Shown: piece after piece, positions 1 through 8,906 of the stretch
Layout of the letters: each line of letters opens with the position of its first letter
Position numbering within the stretch: the stretch's first letter is position 1
IMG/VR virus record: IMGVR_UViG_3300045988_135167
Reading direction: 5' to 3' (one strand)
DNA length: 64,000 nt
DNA from: a virus
The notes under the pieces: model-generated
The model's input: the letters and a program-made list of their open reading frames with translations, nothing else
Database searches by the model: none
What the model was told of the DNA's origin: nothing
Made by a program: the position numbers and the translations under genes

Positions 1-240
1 CTGTGGGATTGAAGCCCTGGGGTATTGCTTTCGCGTTTCTCAAGTCCAGCCAACCGCCGACTGTGGGGTTGAAGCCTTCAGGGATCGACGTTACGCTTTC
101 GAGGTCCAGCGAACCGCCGACTGTGGGATTGAAGCCCTGGGGTATTGCTTTCGCGTTTCTCAAGTCCAGCGAACCGCCGACTGTGGGATTGAAGCCCTGG
201 GGTATTGCTTTCGCGTTTCTCAAGTCCAGCGAACCGGGAA
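1..240. repeat. Four tandem copies of a 60-bp unit (1-60, 61-120, 121-180, 181-240). Copy 2 diverges in its central ~20 bp.
   Basis: Direct reading: the unit ctgtgggattgaagccctggggtattgctttcgcgtttctcaagtccagcgaaccgccga repeats head to tail. The repeats lie inside a minus-strand coding sequence. Confidence 0.9.
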
Positions 241-322
241 TCTTAGCTTCGCCGCGGAATTGTTCCATGGTGATTCCATATCGTTCACAGAACTCCTTTT
301 GTTGTTCTTCCAATTTGTTCAT
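2..322 (-). CDS. Partial CDS whose 3' end runs off the window start. It encodes N-terminal MNKLEEQQKEFCERYGITMEQFRGEAKIPG followed by 20-aa tandem peptide repeats (VGGSLDL-x6-IPQGFNPT). Function unknown.
   Basis: The ATG at 322-320 is preceded by the ATAGAAAGA upstream motif. The minus frame stays open to position 2. The plus-strand ORF 3..455 is the reverse-frame shadow of the repeats. Confidence 0.5.
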   Translation of the reverse strand, partial: MNKLEEQQKEFCERYGITMEQFRGEAKIPGSLDLRNAKAIPQGFNPTVGGSLDLRNAKAIPQGFNPTVGGSLDLESVTSIPEGFNPTVGGWLDLRNAKAIPQGFNPT

Positions 323-567
323 GGTTTTTTCTTTCTATGTGGTAGGATTCATTTGTCAAATAAAAATTATAAAGAAGCTATTTTTCCATATCCCTGGTCT
401 TGTAACGAATAAAGAAGAGATGCTTCGGATTCTTCCCAAGCTACCAGAACACTAGGTGCATTACTAGTTCCTCCGCTCTTTCCGTCCGGATAACAAAACT
501 TAATTCGCCCTTCCACAAAAATAAATATTTTGCTTTATTGAGAACCCATTGATGAAACCAACGAGTA

Positions 568-855
568 TCAGAACGCATAAATATAAGAGCAAGACCCCCC
601 AATATGTTCACTCATACGTTTTAAGAAAGGCTCTATTTCATTATCATACGGAGGATTCAACCAGACACGTCCTTTCCAGGGTAAAATAAGTCCATTATCC
701 TCAACCGTATAATTGACACGGGCGCAATCCCATGGACGAATAGTAGCGGCACATGGGTCTGTATCAAAGTCCCCTAATAAATCAAGAACATTTCTTGGGG
801 TGAGCCAAACGTTTGTACTGCTCTCCGTTTTAATAGTATTAAAAGTTTTAGCCAT
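568..855 (-). CDS. Dam-like DNA N6-adenine methyltransferase, unusually short and possibly truncated.
   Basis: Contains LDLLGDFDTDPCA and VWLNPPYDN (the NPPY catalytic motif of phage Dam-type methyltransferases). The ORF stops about 20 aa after NPPY. Confidence 0.45.
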   Translation of the reverse strand: MAKTFNTIKTESSTNVWLTPRNVLDLLGDFDTDPCAATIRPWDCARVNYTVEDNGLILPWKGRVWLNPPYDNEIEPFLKRMSEHIGGSCSYIYAF

Positions 856-895
856 GGTAGTTATCCTTTCATTTCAAGGATTCCATATATTTTAT

Positions 896-1120
896 TTAGT
901 TACATTGTTTTATCAATCCCCGCTTTATCCAGGCATCACGGATCAGGGCATCATAGGTATTCACCAGTTCGGTTTCCCAACAACATACCCTGGCCTCCCT
1001 CCGGAAATGGCGCATGTTTTGTTTGGCCACTTCCGGACGGGAAGCATGGTCAATGCGGAACCGCTTGAGTTCTCCGAGTGCCTGACCATACTTCCGGTAT
1101 GCCTTTGATTTTGGGGTCAT
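896..1120 (-). CDS. Hypothetical protein, 74 aa.
   Basis: ORF on the same strand as the operon. No recognisable motifs. Confidence 0.3.
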   Translation of the reverse strand: MTPKSKAYRKYGQALGELKRFRIDHASRPEVAKQNMRHFRREARVCCWETELVNTYDALIRDAWIKRGLIKQCN

Positions 1121-1238
1121 GTTTCTTCTTTATCTTTCCGGATTCGGATGTCAACAAAAAAGGAACCGTCCCGGAGGACGGTTCCTGAACATCATGCAGA
1201 TTGCTTATTTACAACCTTTGCCTTTTCCTTTACCTTTC

Positions 1239-1427
1239 TTAGCCATTGTCTTGTTCTGGTGTTATTTCCTTCAGCCAATGCAAGGCTTCTTCAACCTTGG
1301 TGATGGCCAGGGAAACTTGTCTGGAAGGTTTCAACTCCTGCAACGCATCGTAGAACTTGCTCCCTTGGAGAAAAGCTTCCTGATACTTTTGAGCCGGAGT
1401 TTGAACTTCAATAGGTCCTTTGCTCAT
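1239..1427 (-). CDS. Hypothetical protein, 62 aa.
   Basis: Small ORF abutting the next gene's start. Confidence 0.25.
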   Translation of the reverse strand: MSKGPIEVQTPAQKYQEAFLQGSKFYDALQELKPSRQVSLAITKVEEALHWLKEITPEQDNG

Positions 1428-1909
1428 TATGCTATTTGCTTGATAATGACTCCTGCTACGTAATCATCAACACTCCAGCCTTCACTTGCATTTTCAATCC
1501 TGAAGAAATCTGTAGGCCGCCCCGTTGTGTGATTGACAAACAAGGAGCATCGAAGAAATGCTTCACCGATCGCCAAGTTCGTGTAGCACGTATCGTTGTC
1601 ACCATCATAAATGAAGTAGCTCTGCATCACGCCATTCTGGGAGTTAACAATAGGCTGATTGGCTTGATACAAAGTAGAAAGAATCAGGTCCCACGTACCC
1701 ATTTTCCCTTGATTGTAAGCTCTGACTTGAAGAGCATTCAAAGGATTGAGCGGTGGCAACTGAATTTCATAAACTCCGGAGGGAGCTTCTGCCGGGACTT
1801 GAACGATATTGGAGGTGGTAGCCGAAGCGGCTTCTACATTTTGGTATTGAAAGTACATAGCATTATTTAGGGGGGGGGTGTTTATTGTATATAACTGAAT
1901 AAGACTCAT
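1427..1909 (-). CDS. Tail-fibre-associated or receptor-binding-like protein, paralog A. N-terminus MSLIQLYTINTPPLNNAMY.
   Basis: Shares the N-terminus and a PAEAPSGVYEIQ block with the adjacent gene. A C9 tract encodes TPPL at codons 11-14. Confidence 0.5.
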   Translation of the reverse strand: MSLIQLYTINTPPLNNAMYFQYQNVEAASATTSNIVQVPAEAPSGVYEIQLPPLNPLNALQVRAYNQGKMGTWDLILSTLYQANQPIVNSQNGVMQSYFIYDGDNDTCYTNLAIGEAFLRCSLFVNHTTGRPTDFFRIENASEGWSVDDYVAGVIIKQIA

Positions 1910-1910
1910 A

Positions 1911-2411
1911 TTATTGGGTTACTTGACGAATGATGTAGGAACCGAGAATCGTGTCCGGATTTGACGGTGCGTCGTTCACCTGGGTAAGCCTACAGGCATA
2001 GGTATCAGAACCGGAAACATGCTTGGCATAACCTCGGAACCCAACGTCGCCGCCTGTAATAACACCATCATTCAGAGAACAATACTGAACAAGTTCACCA
2101 GGTTCTTCTAGTCCAAACTCAAAGCCAACTCCTTGCGGAAGTGCAATGGGAGCGAACCACGGAGAATATTCCTGCTTGTACTTAATATTACCATAGGCTC
2201 CTGATTCCAGAACGCCTGGCCAAAAAGCTCGACCAGCACCATCAGAATAATTGAGGTTAATGGAAGCCTGGACTTCATACCAGCCGGAAGGAGCATCCGC
2301 AGGAATGATTACTTTGTATCCACCGGATTGGAACTTGTAATCGTCTCTTTTGTAGTACATAGCGTTATTTAGGGGGGGGGTGTTTACTTGAACTAAGCTT
2401 ATGAGGCTCAT
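1911..2411 (-). CDS. Tail-fibre-associated or receptor-binding-like protein, paralog B. N-terminus MSLISLVQVNTPPLNNAMY.
   Basis: Tandem paralog of 1427..1909 (PADAPSGWYEVQ block). A C9 tract sits at codons 11-14. Confidence 0.5.
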   Translation of the reverse strand: MSLISLVQVNTPPLNNAMYYKRDDYKFQSGGYKVIIPADAPSGWYEVQASINLNYSDGAGRAFWPGVLESGAYGNIKYKQEYSPWFAPIALPQGVGFEFGLEEPGELVQYCSLNDGVITGGDVGFRGYAKHVSGSDTYACRLTQVNDAPSNPDTILGSYIIRQVTQ

Positions 2412-2767
2412 TTGGTTAAAGAGTTGAAAAGTTTGATTGCGGAAGCGTCCGTCACGTACATGTCCGGGAAGGTCTTCAAGGCACCAGTTTCATCGTGCTG
2501 GGCCTCAATCACCAACCGGAGTGCGGGGGCGGCCGGATCGGATTCCGGGTCAATAGCAGAATAAACCCAGACCTGCGTGGCAGACCAGGGTTCCCCCTTG
2601 GCCTGGATGGTGGCTACCACGGCGGCAAAAGCTTTCTTCTGCGTGGCCGTGAGCGATTCGATTTCAACTTCGTCGGGCTTGGTCCAGCCGTCCGGCTTTT
2701 CGCCGAACGCCCGGATCGTGCCTTTCTCGAAGTTGCCTGTCTCTTGGAATATGACTCTTAAGAACAT
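2408..2767 (-). CDS. Hypothetical virion-associated protein, 119 aa.
   Basis: ORF in the structural operon. Confidence 0.4.
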   Translation of the reverse strand: MFLRVIFQETGNFEKGTIRAFGEKPDGWTKPDEVEIESLTATQKKAFAAVVATIQAKGEPWSATQVWVYSAIDPESDPAAPALRLVIEAQHDETGALKTFPDMYVTDASAIKLFNSLTK

Positions 2768-2779
2768 AAATGATTGAGG

Positions 2780-3265
2780 TTAGAATATTGCGGAGAGGAA
2801 GTAGGCATCGCCTATCACGTCGTAGTCGTTGAACCCGACCCCGGTGATGATGTTGGTGGGAGTAGCGGAGGCCGCGCAAAGAGCTGTAATCTCTACACTG
2901 AATCCCGGTTCGGCGGTAACTTCCATATTGTTTCCATTGATGGTCGGTTCTTTGTAGGTAACAGTCCCGTCTCCATTGTCAATGATAATCTGAATGGATT
3001 GGACATTATTCAGCGGGATCGTCAGCTTGGCTCCGGCGTTATAACTGGCGCGTCGGCCATACGCTTTGATCTTCATGTTGGAAGATTTCGGGAGGTTGGT
3101 GATGGCGAAGCTGGGAGTCGCGGCGGCATAAGCCCAGGAGCGGGCTTCAAAGTATTCTCTTTCCATTTCGTTGGTTATATCTGTAGCATTTAAGGAGTGC
3201 CCCCCCCAATAAATGGGAGGGGGACGATCAGGCGGGCACATCTGCCGTGACAATTCCCATGTCAC
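2780..3265 (-). CDS. Hypothetical structural protein. The start is uncertain and may be the internal ATG near 3172.
   Basis: ORF with a G8 tract near its 5' end (W-G-G-H codons). Confidence 0.4.
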   Translation of the reverse strand: MTWELSRQMCPPDRPPPIYWGGHSLNATDITNEMEREYFEARSWAYAAATPSFAITNLPKSSNMKIKAYGRRASYNAGAKLTIPLNNVQSIQIIIDNGDGTVTYKEPTINGNNMEVTAEPGFSVEITALCAASATPTNIITGVGFNDYDVIGDAYFLSAIF

Positions 3266-5465
3266 CGATGGCCCACATTCTTGGTGTAGTGTCTGTAATA
3301 AGGTAAATAGTGGTTGGGTCTTTCGTGGCCAGAGCCGTGTAGGCCGCCTTGGTAGTGGTTACTATCTTGGCGTAGCGTGCGTCTCCCATGGCTACGTTGA
3401 CTCCCATGTTGTCAGTCAACGTGGTTCCTTCGGCAGGGGCTGGAAACTCAATAGGTAGATTCAATCCGACTTTCCCGTTTGCAGGGCCTTCAAGCCAGAA
3501 ATCAGCTCCTGAGGAATACATGTTGATTGAAGTACCAAACTGGATTCCGGTACCATCTGCAATATTGAGTAAACCATTGGAATTGATGGCACCTGTAACG
3601 GTGAGGGTTTGCCCCATCGTAACGCCCGCATTAAAGGCCGCCGCACCCGTAAAGGTAGTTATTCCAAACTTCCAATCCCCGCTAACTTCTACCGTAGTAG
3701 GAGTGGAAGCATTGTATCGAATACTGTTGGGTCCGAACTGAAAGACTTCTGCCTGACAAGTTCCTGAAACTGAAACTGATTCCATAACAGGAAGGACCAA
3801 ACTACTATCTGCGGTTGGAAGAGAAACTTCAACGCGCTTTGCCGCATTGTTGTAGTTCAGCCTAAAAAAGACTGTGGAAGTGGAATCAATGAAACTAAAA
3901 CCAGAGTTACTGGGATCACCATAGTAACCTTCAATGCTTCCAGACAGTACGCCAACACCATCCATTAAAACAATGGGCTTATTACTTTCAATCCCATCGC
4001 CAAAGGAAGCTTTTCCAGCCACGGAAAGAGTCTGACCCATAGTGACACCTTGAGTGAAAGTCGCAGGTCCTTGAACTTCAAATTTCTTTCGGAACCAGAC
4101 ATTCCCTGTAGGGTCGAAAGTTAACCACACAGTATTGTTTCTCTGAACAAGCTGGTAATAGCCATTGTTGGCTGTATAGGTCCACTTACAGCCATATGCA
4201 GACAGAGTTGGATGGTTCTGCTCCATAAGAGTTTCCATTGCAGAACTCCCTTCCGTAATCCCAAAGGATATGCCTTTCTCTGCTTTAATCATTGTAGAGA
4301 AAGTAGTGGCATCCTGAAACACAGTCGGCTCCTGAAAGGTAGTAGAAACCGCCACATCCAGGTGTGCTCCGGTCCCTCCTTCAATTACCGACATCCCGGC
4401 ACCCGTGCCATGGAACTTAACGGCATCGGCACCAACGCCAAAAGTCAACGGAGCTTCATCAGCCATGGTAACGCCGTCGGTAAAAGTTTTAACCCCGGCA
4501 ACATTCTGGTTTCCAACATTCTTTACCGTAGGAGCAATCTGGCCATCCACGTATAGTTTGTTCGTAAGGTCACTAGGGGCTGAAGGGCTTCCCGTTTTCA
4601 TAATTCCCCCAGTAAAGGTCTTGTTACCAGAAATCGTTTGCTCCGTATCCAGAGTAACAAAATTGGCTCCTATACCGGAAACCGCATTGTCCACATACGA
4701 TTTGTTCGCCGCCTGCCCGGCCTGGGTAGGAGTGGGAACAGTGATGTTGGTAAAGCTCCACGCCCCAGTAATCGTGGCATCAGAAGAGGGCGTAAGTGAA
4801 TCTCCTGAGCCTGCGCTAAAAACCACGGGGGAGACCGTGATATTGAACTTGACGTTGGAACGTCCACCGAGATGTAGGATAGGCTTGGCCCCTGTCATCA
4901 CAAACAAATGGGAACCCACTGTGGTAACTCCGCGGAGAATGACCTGGGTGGCCTTGGTTCCCGTCAATCCCACGATGACGGCTGAGAAGGTTTCATCGGT
5001 GACAATGCCGGGTGTCTCCGGGTAGTCCTTGTCCTGCACCGGGAGAACCGAAAGCACGTACATCTTGCCCGCTTCCAGATTCAGGGAACTCAAGTCATAA
5101 TAGCCTGGAGCCACGGACGTTCCTGCCACAAACGGATTGATGGGGTCCGCAACTTCCATTTGGAACTCCTGCTCCACCAGAGCCATAGTCGCATGTTCCG
5201 TTACAGGCTCTTTGACCACGCGGAAATAACCGTTGGACAAAATAGGAAGAATCAGACCTGTAACCGTCCCATTGATATGGAACTGAGTGTCTTGAATGTT
5301 GCTCCAGTCTTCATCCGTTGGAGCGGTTGCCGTCATCTGGAACACCGCTCCCTGGGTCGTGGATTGGAGAATCCACGCTTCGGAGTTCATCTCTCCGGGA
5401 ATCTGGTAGGTCGTTCCCGCGGTAATGGGATCGCCCGAATTATATTGTACAATGTCTAAAGCCAT
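3228..5465 (-). CDS. Tail fibre protein, about 745 aa.
   Basis: Large Gly/Thr/Ser-rich beta-type protein with repeated KSYVDNAVSG and NKLYVDGQIA fibre-like motifs. The true start is MALDIVQYN at 5465. The listed MFHVEH start is an artefact of the palindrome. Confidence 0.6.
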   Translation of the reverse strand: MALDIVQYNSGDPITAGTTYQIPGEMNSEAWILQSTTQGAVFQMTATAPTDEDWSNIQDTQFHINGTVTGLILPILSNGYFRVVKEPVTEHATMALVEQEFQMEVADPINPFVAGTSVAPGYYDLSSLNLEAGKMYVLSVLPVQDKDYPETPGIVTDETFSAVIVGLTGTKATQVILRGVTTVGSHLFVMTGAKPILHLGGRSNVKFNITVSPVVFSAGSGDSLTPSSDATITGAWSFTNITVPTPTQAGQAANKSYVDNAVSGIGANFVTLDTEQTISGNKTFTGGIMKTGSPSAPSDLTNKLYVDGQIAPTVKNVGNQNVAGVKTFTDGVTMADEAPLTFGVGADAVKFHGTGAGMSVIEGGTGAHLDVAVSTTFQEPTVFQDATTFSTMIKAEKGISFGITEGSSAMETLMEQNHPTLSAYGCKWTYTANNGYYQLVQRNNTVWLTFDPTGNVWFRKKFEVQGPATFTQGVTMGQTLSVAGKASFGDGIESNKPIVLMDGVGVLSGSIEGYYGDPSNSGFSFIDSTSTVFFRLNYNNAAKRVEVSLPTADSSLVLPVMESVSVSGTCQAEVFQFGPNSIRYNASTPTTVEVSGDWKFGITTFTGAAAFNAGVTMGQTLTVTGAINSNGLLNIADGTGIQFGTSINMYSSGADFWLEGPANGKVGLNLPIEFPAPAEGTTLTDNMGVNVAMGDARYAKIVTTTKAAYTALATKDPTTIYLITDTTPRMWAIGDMGIVTADVPA

Positions 5466-5480
5466 AAGAAAAAGGAAGTT

Positions 5481-5510
5481 GGGGAAATGTTCCACGTGGA
5501 ACATTTCCCC
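5481..5510. promoter_or_regulatory. 30-bp perfect palindrome GGGGAAATGTTCCACGTGGAACATTTCCCC, located 8 nt after the upstream stop codon and 15 nt before the tail-fibre ATG.
   Basis: Direct reading. The core TGTTCCACGTGGAACA is shared with three other sites. The minus-strand transcript then has a U-rich run (cuuuuucuu). Confidence 0.8.
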
Positions 5511-5518
5511 GGTTAAGG

Positions 5519-6484
5519 TTAAGCCAGCGGTCCCAGGTAGGAGAACACCAACGTTCCGCTGGGGTTGCTCCCGGTGGAAGCCTTGGCAATCGTCACCATG
5601 GTAGTGGCCGCGGCCGTCGGGGCACCGATGGAGAAGATCAGGCGGCCGACGAACTGGTTGCCCGTGAGAACCTTCCCGGCAAGAACCAGCGGAACCAGGC
5701 CGCTGGCGGCCGAGGTGGCACCCAGCACTTCGGAAGTGATCACCGTAGCGGTGGCTCCAACCGTCAGCTTGGCATCCCAGGTGGTGGCTCCAGTCGCAAC
5801 CGGAACGGACACGTCCACCGCATAGGCTCCGGCGGGCATTCCCGCGGGAAGCTGGAAGTCAGTGGAAGCTCCGGACACGGCACCCTGGACGATCCTGGTG
5901 GCACAGGGCAGAACCTGGGCCTGGACGACCGTAATGACCGCGGGAGACACGCCATCCAGGAGAACCTGTAGGTTGGCGTTCACCGCTGTCACGAAAACAG
6001 CGTCCCATCCGGGAAGAAGGGGCGTTGCTTCAGCAACCACGTTATTCAGGGAATCATCCATGAACCGGAGAAGCACGGTGGCCATCGGGTCGGAACAGGT
6101 GATCTTGTAAACGCTACCGGGAGTCAGAGCGTTGGGAACATTGTACCACAAGTCCGGCTGTGCAGGAGAAGGAGAAGGAAGGTTCCCAATAGCGGGAGCA
6201 TCCTTCTGAATCATGCTCAGCGTGACCTTGGCTTCAGACAAGCCAATCACGGTGAAGTATGCGGAAGTCTGGCCTGCATCCGTGGTGAAAGCCACTTCGC
6301 GGTTATAGAGCCTTCCGGATGCCTGGACCGTGGTCCCGGCTTCTTCCTTGGTGATCAGGACTTCAACAGGCCTGTCCGTATTGACTTTGAACACGTACCG
6401 CTTGGTGGCAACAAGCTCTGTAAGCTGGTACTGGGTGCCCGGTACGATGGCCACTTTGTCGGCGGGAATTGGAATAGTAGGCAT
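5519..6484 (-). CDS. Structural protein, 321 aa, Ala/Thr/Val-rich.
   Basis: ORF in the structural operon. Confidence 0.45.
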   Translation of the reverse strand: MPTIPIPADKVAIVPGTQYQLTELVATKRYVFKVNTDRPVEVLITKEEAGTTVQASGRLYNREVAFTTDAGQTSAYFTVIGLSEAKVTLSMIQKDAPAIGNLPSPSPAQPDLWYNVPNALTPGSVYKITCSDPMATVLLRFMDDSLNNVVAEATPLLPGWDAVFVTAVNANLQVLLDGVSPAVITVVQAQVLPCATRIVQGAVSGASTDFQLPAGMPAGAYAVDVSVPVATGATTWDAKLTVGATATVITSEVLGATSAASGLVPLVLAGKVLTGNQFVGRLIFSIGAPTAAATTMVTIAKASTGSNPSGTLVFSYLGPLA

Positions 6485-6495
6485 ATTCTTTTGAT

Positions 6496-7107
6496 TTAGG
6501 ATTTAACGGCGACGGAAGCAACCTCTACAATGGATACATTGGCACTCCTGTCACTGTCAAGATAGAAATGAAAATCAGTCCCCTGGCTCACGAAGATGTC
6601 CTGCGCGGCCTGGCCGATCAGCGGCTTGTACTCGCACATGACTTTATTGTCCTTGATGGACTGAATGAGCAGGGTGGCCGGAACATCGGACACCAGGGAA
6701 ATGGCATATCCCTTCCCTTCAGCAACTGCCAGGGCCGCGGGGGCCTTGTAGGTCGTATTGGGGAGAGCCGGAGTCGGAAGCTCGGCGATTGCCGGATCAT
6801 CCGGAATCTCCTTGCCCGTGAAGGTAATGGTTGCAGAACTCAGCGTATCAACCGTAAAGTTGTAGCTATTCTGGGGAATCAGAATCCAACGGTTCTTTAC
6901 CCGACCCTGAACGATAATAGTCAATGGATCAGTATTCTCTTGAATCGTGATGATTGCATCCTTGTCACAATCCACCTTGATCCAACAGCGATTACCCGGT
7001 GACAGGGTATAGGTGACATTCGGAAGAATAGGCTGGGGAGTACCATCAATGATGATACGTTCCTGTGCCGCTCTTGCAGATGCCGCTTTTACTTTTGCTT
7101 TAGCCAT
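6496..7107 (-). CDS. Structural protein, 203 aa.
   Basis: ORF in the structural operon. Confidence 0.45.
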   Translation of the reverse strand: MAKAKVKAASARAAQERIIIDGTPQPILPNVTYTLSPGNRCWIKVDCDKDAIITIQENTDPLTIIVQGRVKNRWILIPQNSYNFTVDTLSSATITFTGKEIPDDPAIAELPTPALPNTTYKAPAALAVAEGKGYAISLVSDVPATLLIQSIKDNKVMCEYKPLIGQAAQDIFVSQGTDFHFYLDSDRSANVSIVEVASVAVKS

Positions 7108-7108
7108 C

Positions 7109-7426
7109 TTATTTAAATGAGTTCATGGCTTCGGCGATATTCAAAGGACCGGAGCCGATGTCAGTTTCAGAAACGGTAGTGGAGTCGCCTTCTCCATCCG
7201 AGATTTCGGTTTCAGATTCTTCCTCGGTTTCTTCTTTCGGGGAATCGTCGTCATCGTCCGAAGGGATCGGGACACCCTCAATAGTTTTGAGAATGAACGT
7301 GTCTCCCGTATCAGAGACCACGGCTTCACCCAAAACCTCAATGGTGTCTCCGGGCTTCGCGTCCGGGAAGGCTTCCTTGTCGAGTGTAATTTCCATATAT
7401 GTTAAACAATAAAGGGGGAGCGGCAA
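7109..7426 (-). CDS. Acidic Asp/Glu-rich protein, 105 aa, possibly a head decoration or scaffold-related protein.
   Basis: SDDDDDSPKEETEEESETE tract. Sits directly downstream of the capsid gene. Confidence 0.4.
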   Translation of the reverse strand: MPLPLYCLTYMEITLDKEAFPDAKPGDTIEVLGEAVVSDTGDTFILKTIEGVPIPSDDDDDSPKEETEEESETEISDGEGDSTTVSETDIGSGPLNIAEAMNSFK

Positions 7427-7463
7427 TTCCGAGTGCCGCTCCCCCTGGGGTTATATGTTCAAA

Positions 7464-8732
7464 TTACAGGCCAGCCGAGACGAGAGCCTGGTTGGGCGTG
7501 GACAGGAGGGAACCCTTGACAGTACCGTCGGCACCCATCAGCTTGTTGTTCGGAGCAACACGCAGGTGACGAATCACGATACCATGGCGGGGATACACGG
7601 GCATGGCCGCGTTGGACAGCTCGGCCACGAACATACCCTGGGTGCCAAGGTAGTTGGTGTTCATGTCCGGGTTGTTGATCCAGCGGACTTCGCCGTTGAA
7701 CGTGCGCGGATTGAACTTCATCTTGTCCGCGGAGTTGAACGGAGGCACCACCATGGACTTGAACACGTCCCGCACGAAGATGATCGTGTCCTCGAAAGGA
7801 GCATTATCATACGCTTCGTTGGGGATGTAGATATTGCCCGTGGTGGACGGAACCGCCACATACGGATGGATACGAACCCACTTCTGGCCTACGGGCTTGG
7901 TATCATCGAAGTCATAGCGCGGAGCCATGGAATCCTGAAGATACACGAAGTTGCGGAAAGCCTTGGTGGCACCGAGCTGGTGCATCAGGTAGGAATTGTC
8001 GCCGAAGTTCGCTTCCATGAAGCGGATGTCCTGACGGATGTTCGGGTCTTCCTGAAGGATATAGTCCGTAGTGTCACGGGAAGCCATCACCGTAAAGACC
8101 GGGGCACCGTTGGCCATGCCAGCGGCGGCATCGAATGCACCTTCAAACTGGAGCTTGTTGTACATGCGGTCCATCACACCGGAGGTGAGGACGCAATCAG
8201 GTTCCTGTTCGGCGAAGGTCGTGATGTTTTCCGCGGAGTTCAGGCCGATAATGCCGTTCTTGGTGAGGATGCACTTGAACGTAGCAATAGTGGTGTACTG
8301 GGCACGGTAGGTTTCAGACCAAGCCAGACCGACGTTGGCAACCAGCTGGTCCAGGATGTTGGCGGCCTGTTGCTTGTTTTCCCAAGCCTGACGGATGCGG
8401 GTCACGTCGATCTTCTGGGAAGCAAGGCGGGCGGCAAAACGCTGGAAGCTGTACTCCGTGGCACCCGTTTCGTTGATGGTCAGCGGAACGTCAGTGGACA
8501 GGGAGTTCATCGTAACCGGAACCCACTCCGGAAGCGTGTAAGTCGCGCCGAACACGTTGACGCGGCCCGTATCACCAACACCGTCTTTCCACGCGATCTG
8601 GTCGATCATCATGGAGTTCCACGGGGAACGGCGAATGGTGGTCTTGTACATCTGCTCCTGGAGCAGATTTGACATGTAGGTAAGAAGCGTATCAGCCGCA
8701 TTTACCTGGGAAGGATTATAGACAGTAGCCAT
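7464..8732 (-). CDS. Putative major capsid protein, 422 aa.
   Basis: The call rests on synteny (portal, then scaffold, then this gene) and on size. No diagnostic motif was read. Confidence 0.5.
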   Translation of the reverse strand: MATVYNPSQVNAADTLLTYMSNLLQEQMYKTTIRRSPWNSMMIDQIAWKDGVGDTGRVNVFGATYTLPEWVPVTMNSLSTDVPLTINETGATEYSFQRFAARLASQKIDVTRIRQAWENKQQAANILDQLVANVGLAWSETYRAQYTTIATFKCILTKNGIIGLNSAENITTFAEQEPDCVLTSGVMDRMYNKLQFEGAFDAAAGMANGAPVFTVMASRDTTDYILQEDPNIRQDIRFMEANFGDNSYLMHQLGATKAFRNFVYLQDSMAPRYDFDDTKPVGQKWVRIHPYVAVPSTTGNIYIPNEAYDNAPFEDTIIFVRDVFKSMVVPPFNSADKMKFNPRTFNGEVRWINNPDMNTNYLGTQGMFVAELSNAAMPVYPRHGIVIRHLRVAPNNKLMGADGTVKGSLLSTPNQALVSAGL

Positions 8733-8906
8733 ATTCTTTTGTGTTTAAAATACGCCTTCAGTCAAAGACAATTATGATTGATTGTTTTGGCTGTGAGGAG
8801 GCCGATTTTCTCTCACAAAGAATATTTGCCAGCGGGAAAGCAAAAGGGGGACCACCGCTTGATGGTCCCCCTGTAACATACACACGCCGGAAAGTCAAGT
8901 TCTTTT

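Noticed and set aside
3-455. Plus-strand 150-aa ORF (MGLKPWGIAF...) covering the 60-bp repeats.
   Set aside because: It is the reverse-frame shadow of the minus-strand repeat gene. The minus-strand ORF has a proper ATG with the conserved upstream motif and fits the strand polarity of the surrounding operon.
5466-5504. The MFHVEHFPNFLFL start of the tail-fibre ORF and the analogous MFHVEQSGN extension at 36087-36182.
   Set aside because: Both start at the ATG that is part of the palindrome (ATGTTCCACGTGGAACAT). The real starts are MALDIVQ (5465) and MNANSIYE (36183) downstream of the regulatory elements.
7455-8672. 405-aa plus-strand ORF antisense to the capsid gene, and similar long antisense ORFs at 9159..10151, 10603..11535, 15817..16233, 23788..24870, 25100..26004 and 29901..31154.
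   Set aside because: Their translations are His/Arg/Gly/Val-rich. They lie entirely within longer, better-supported genes on the dominant strand, and are typical GC-driven shadow ORFs.
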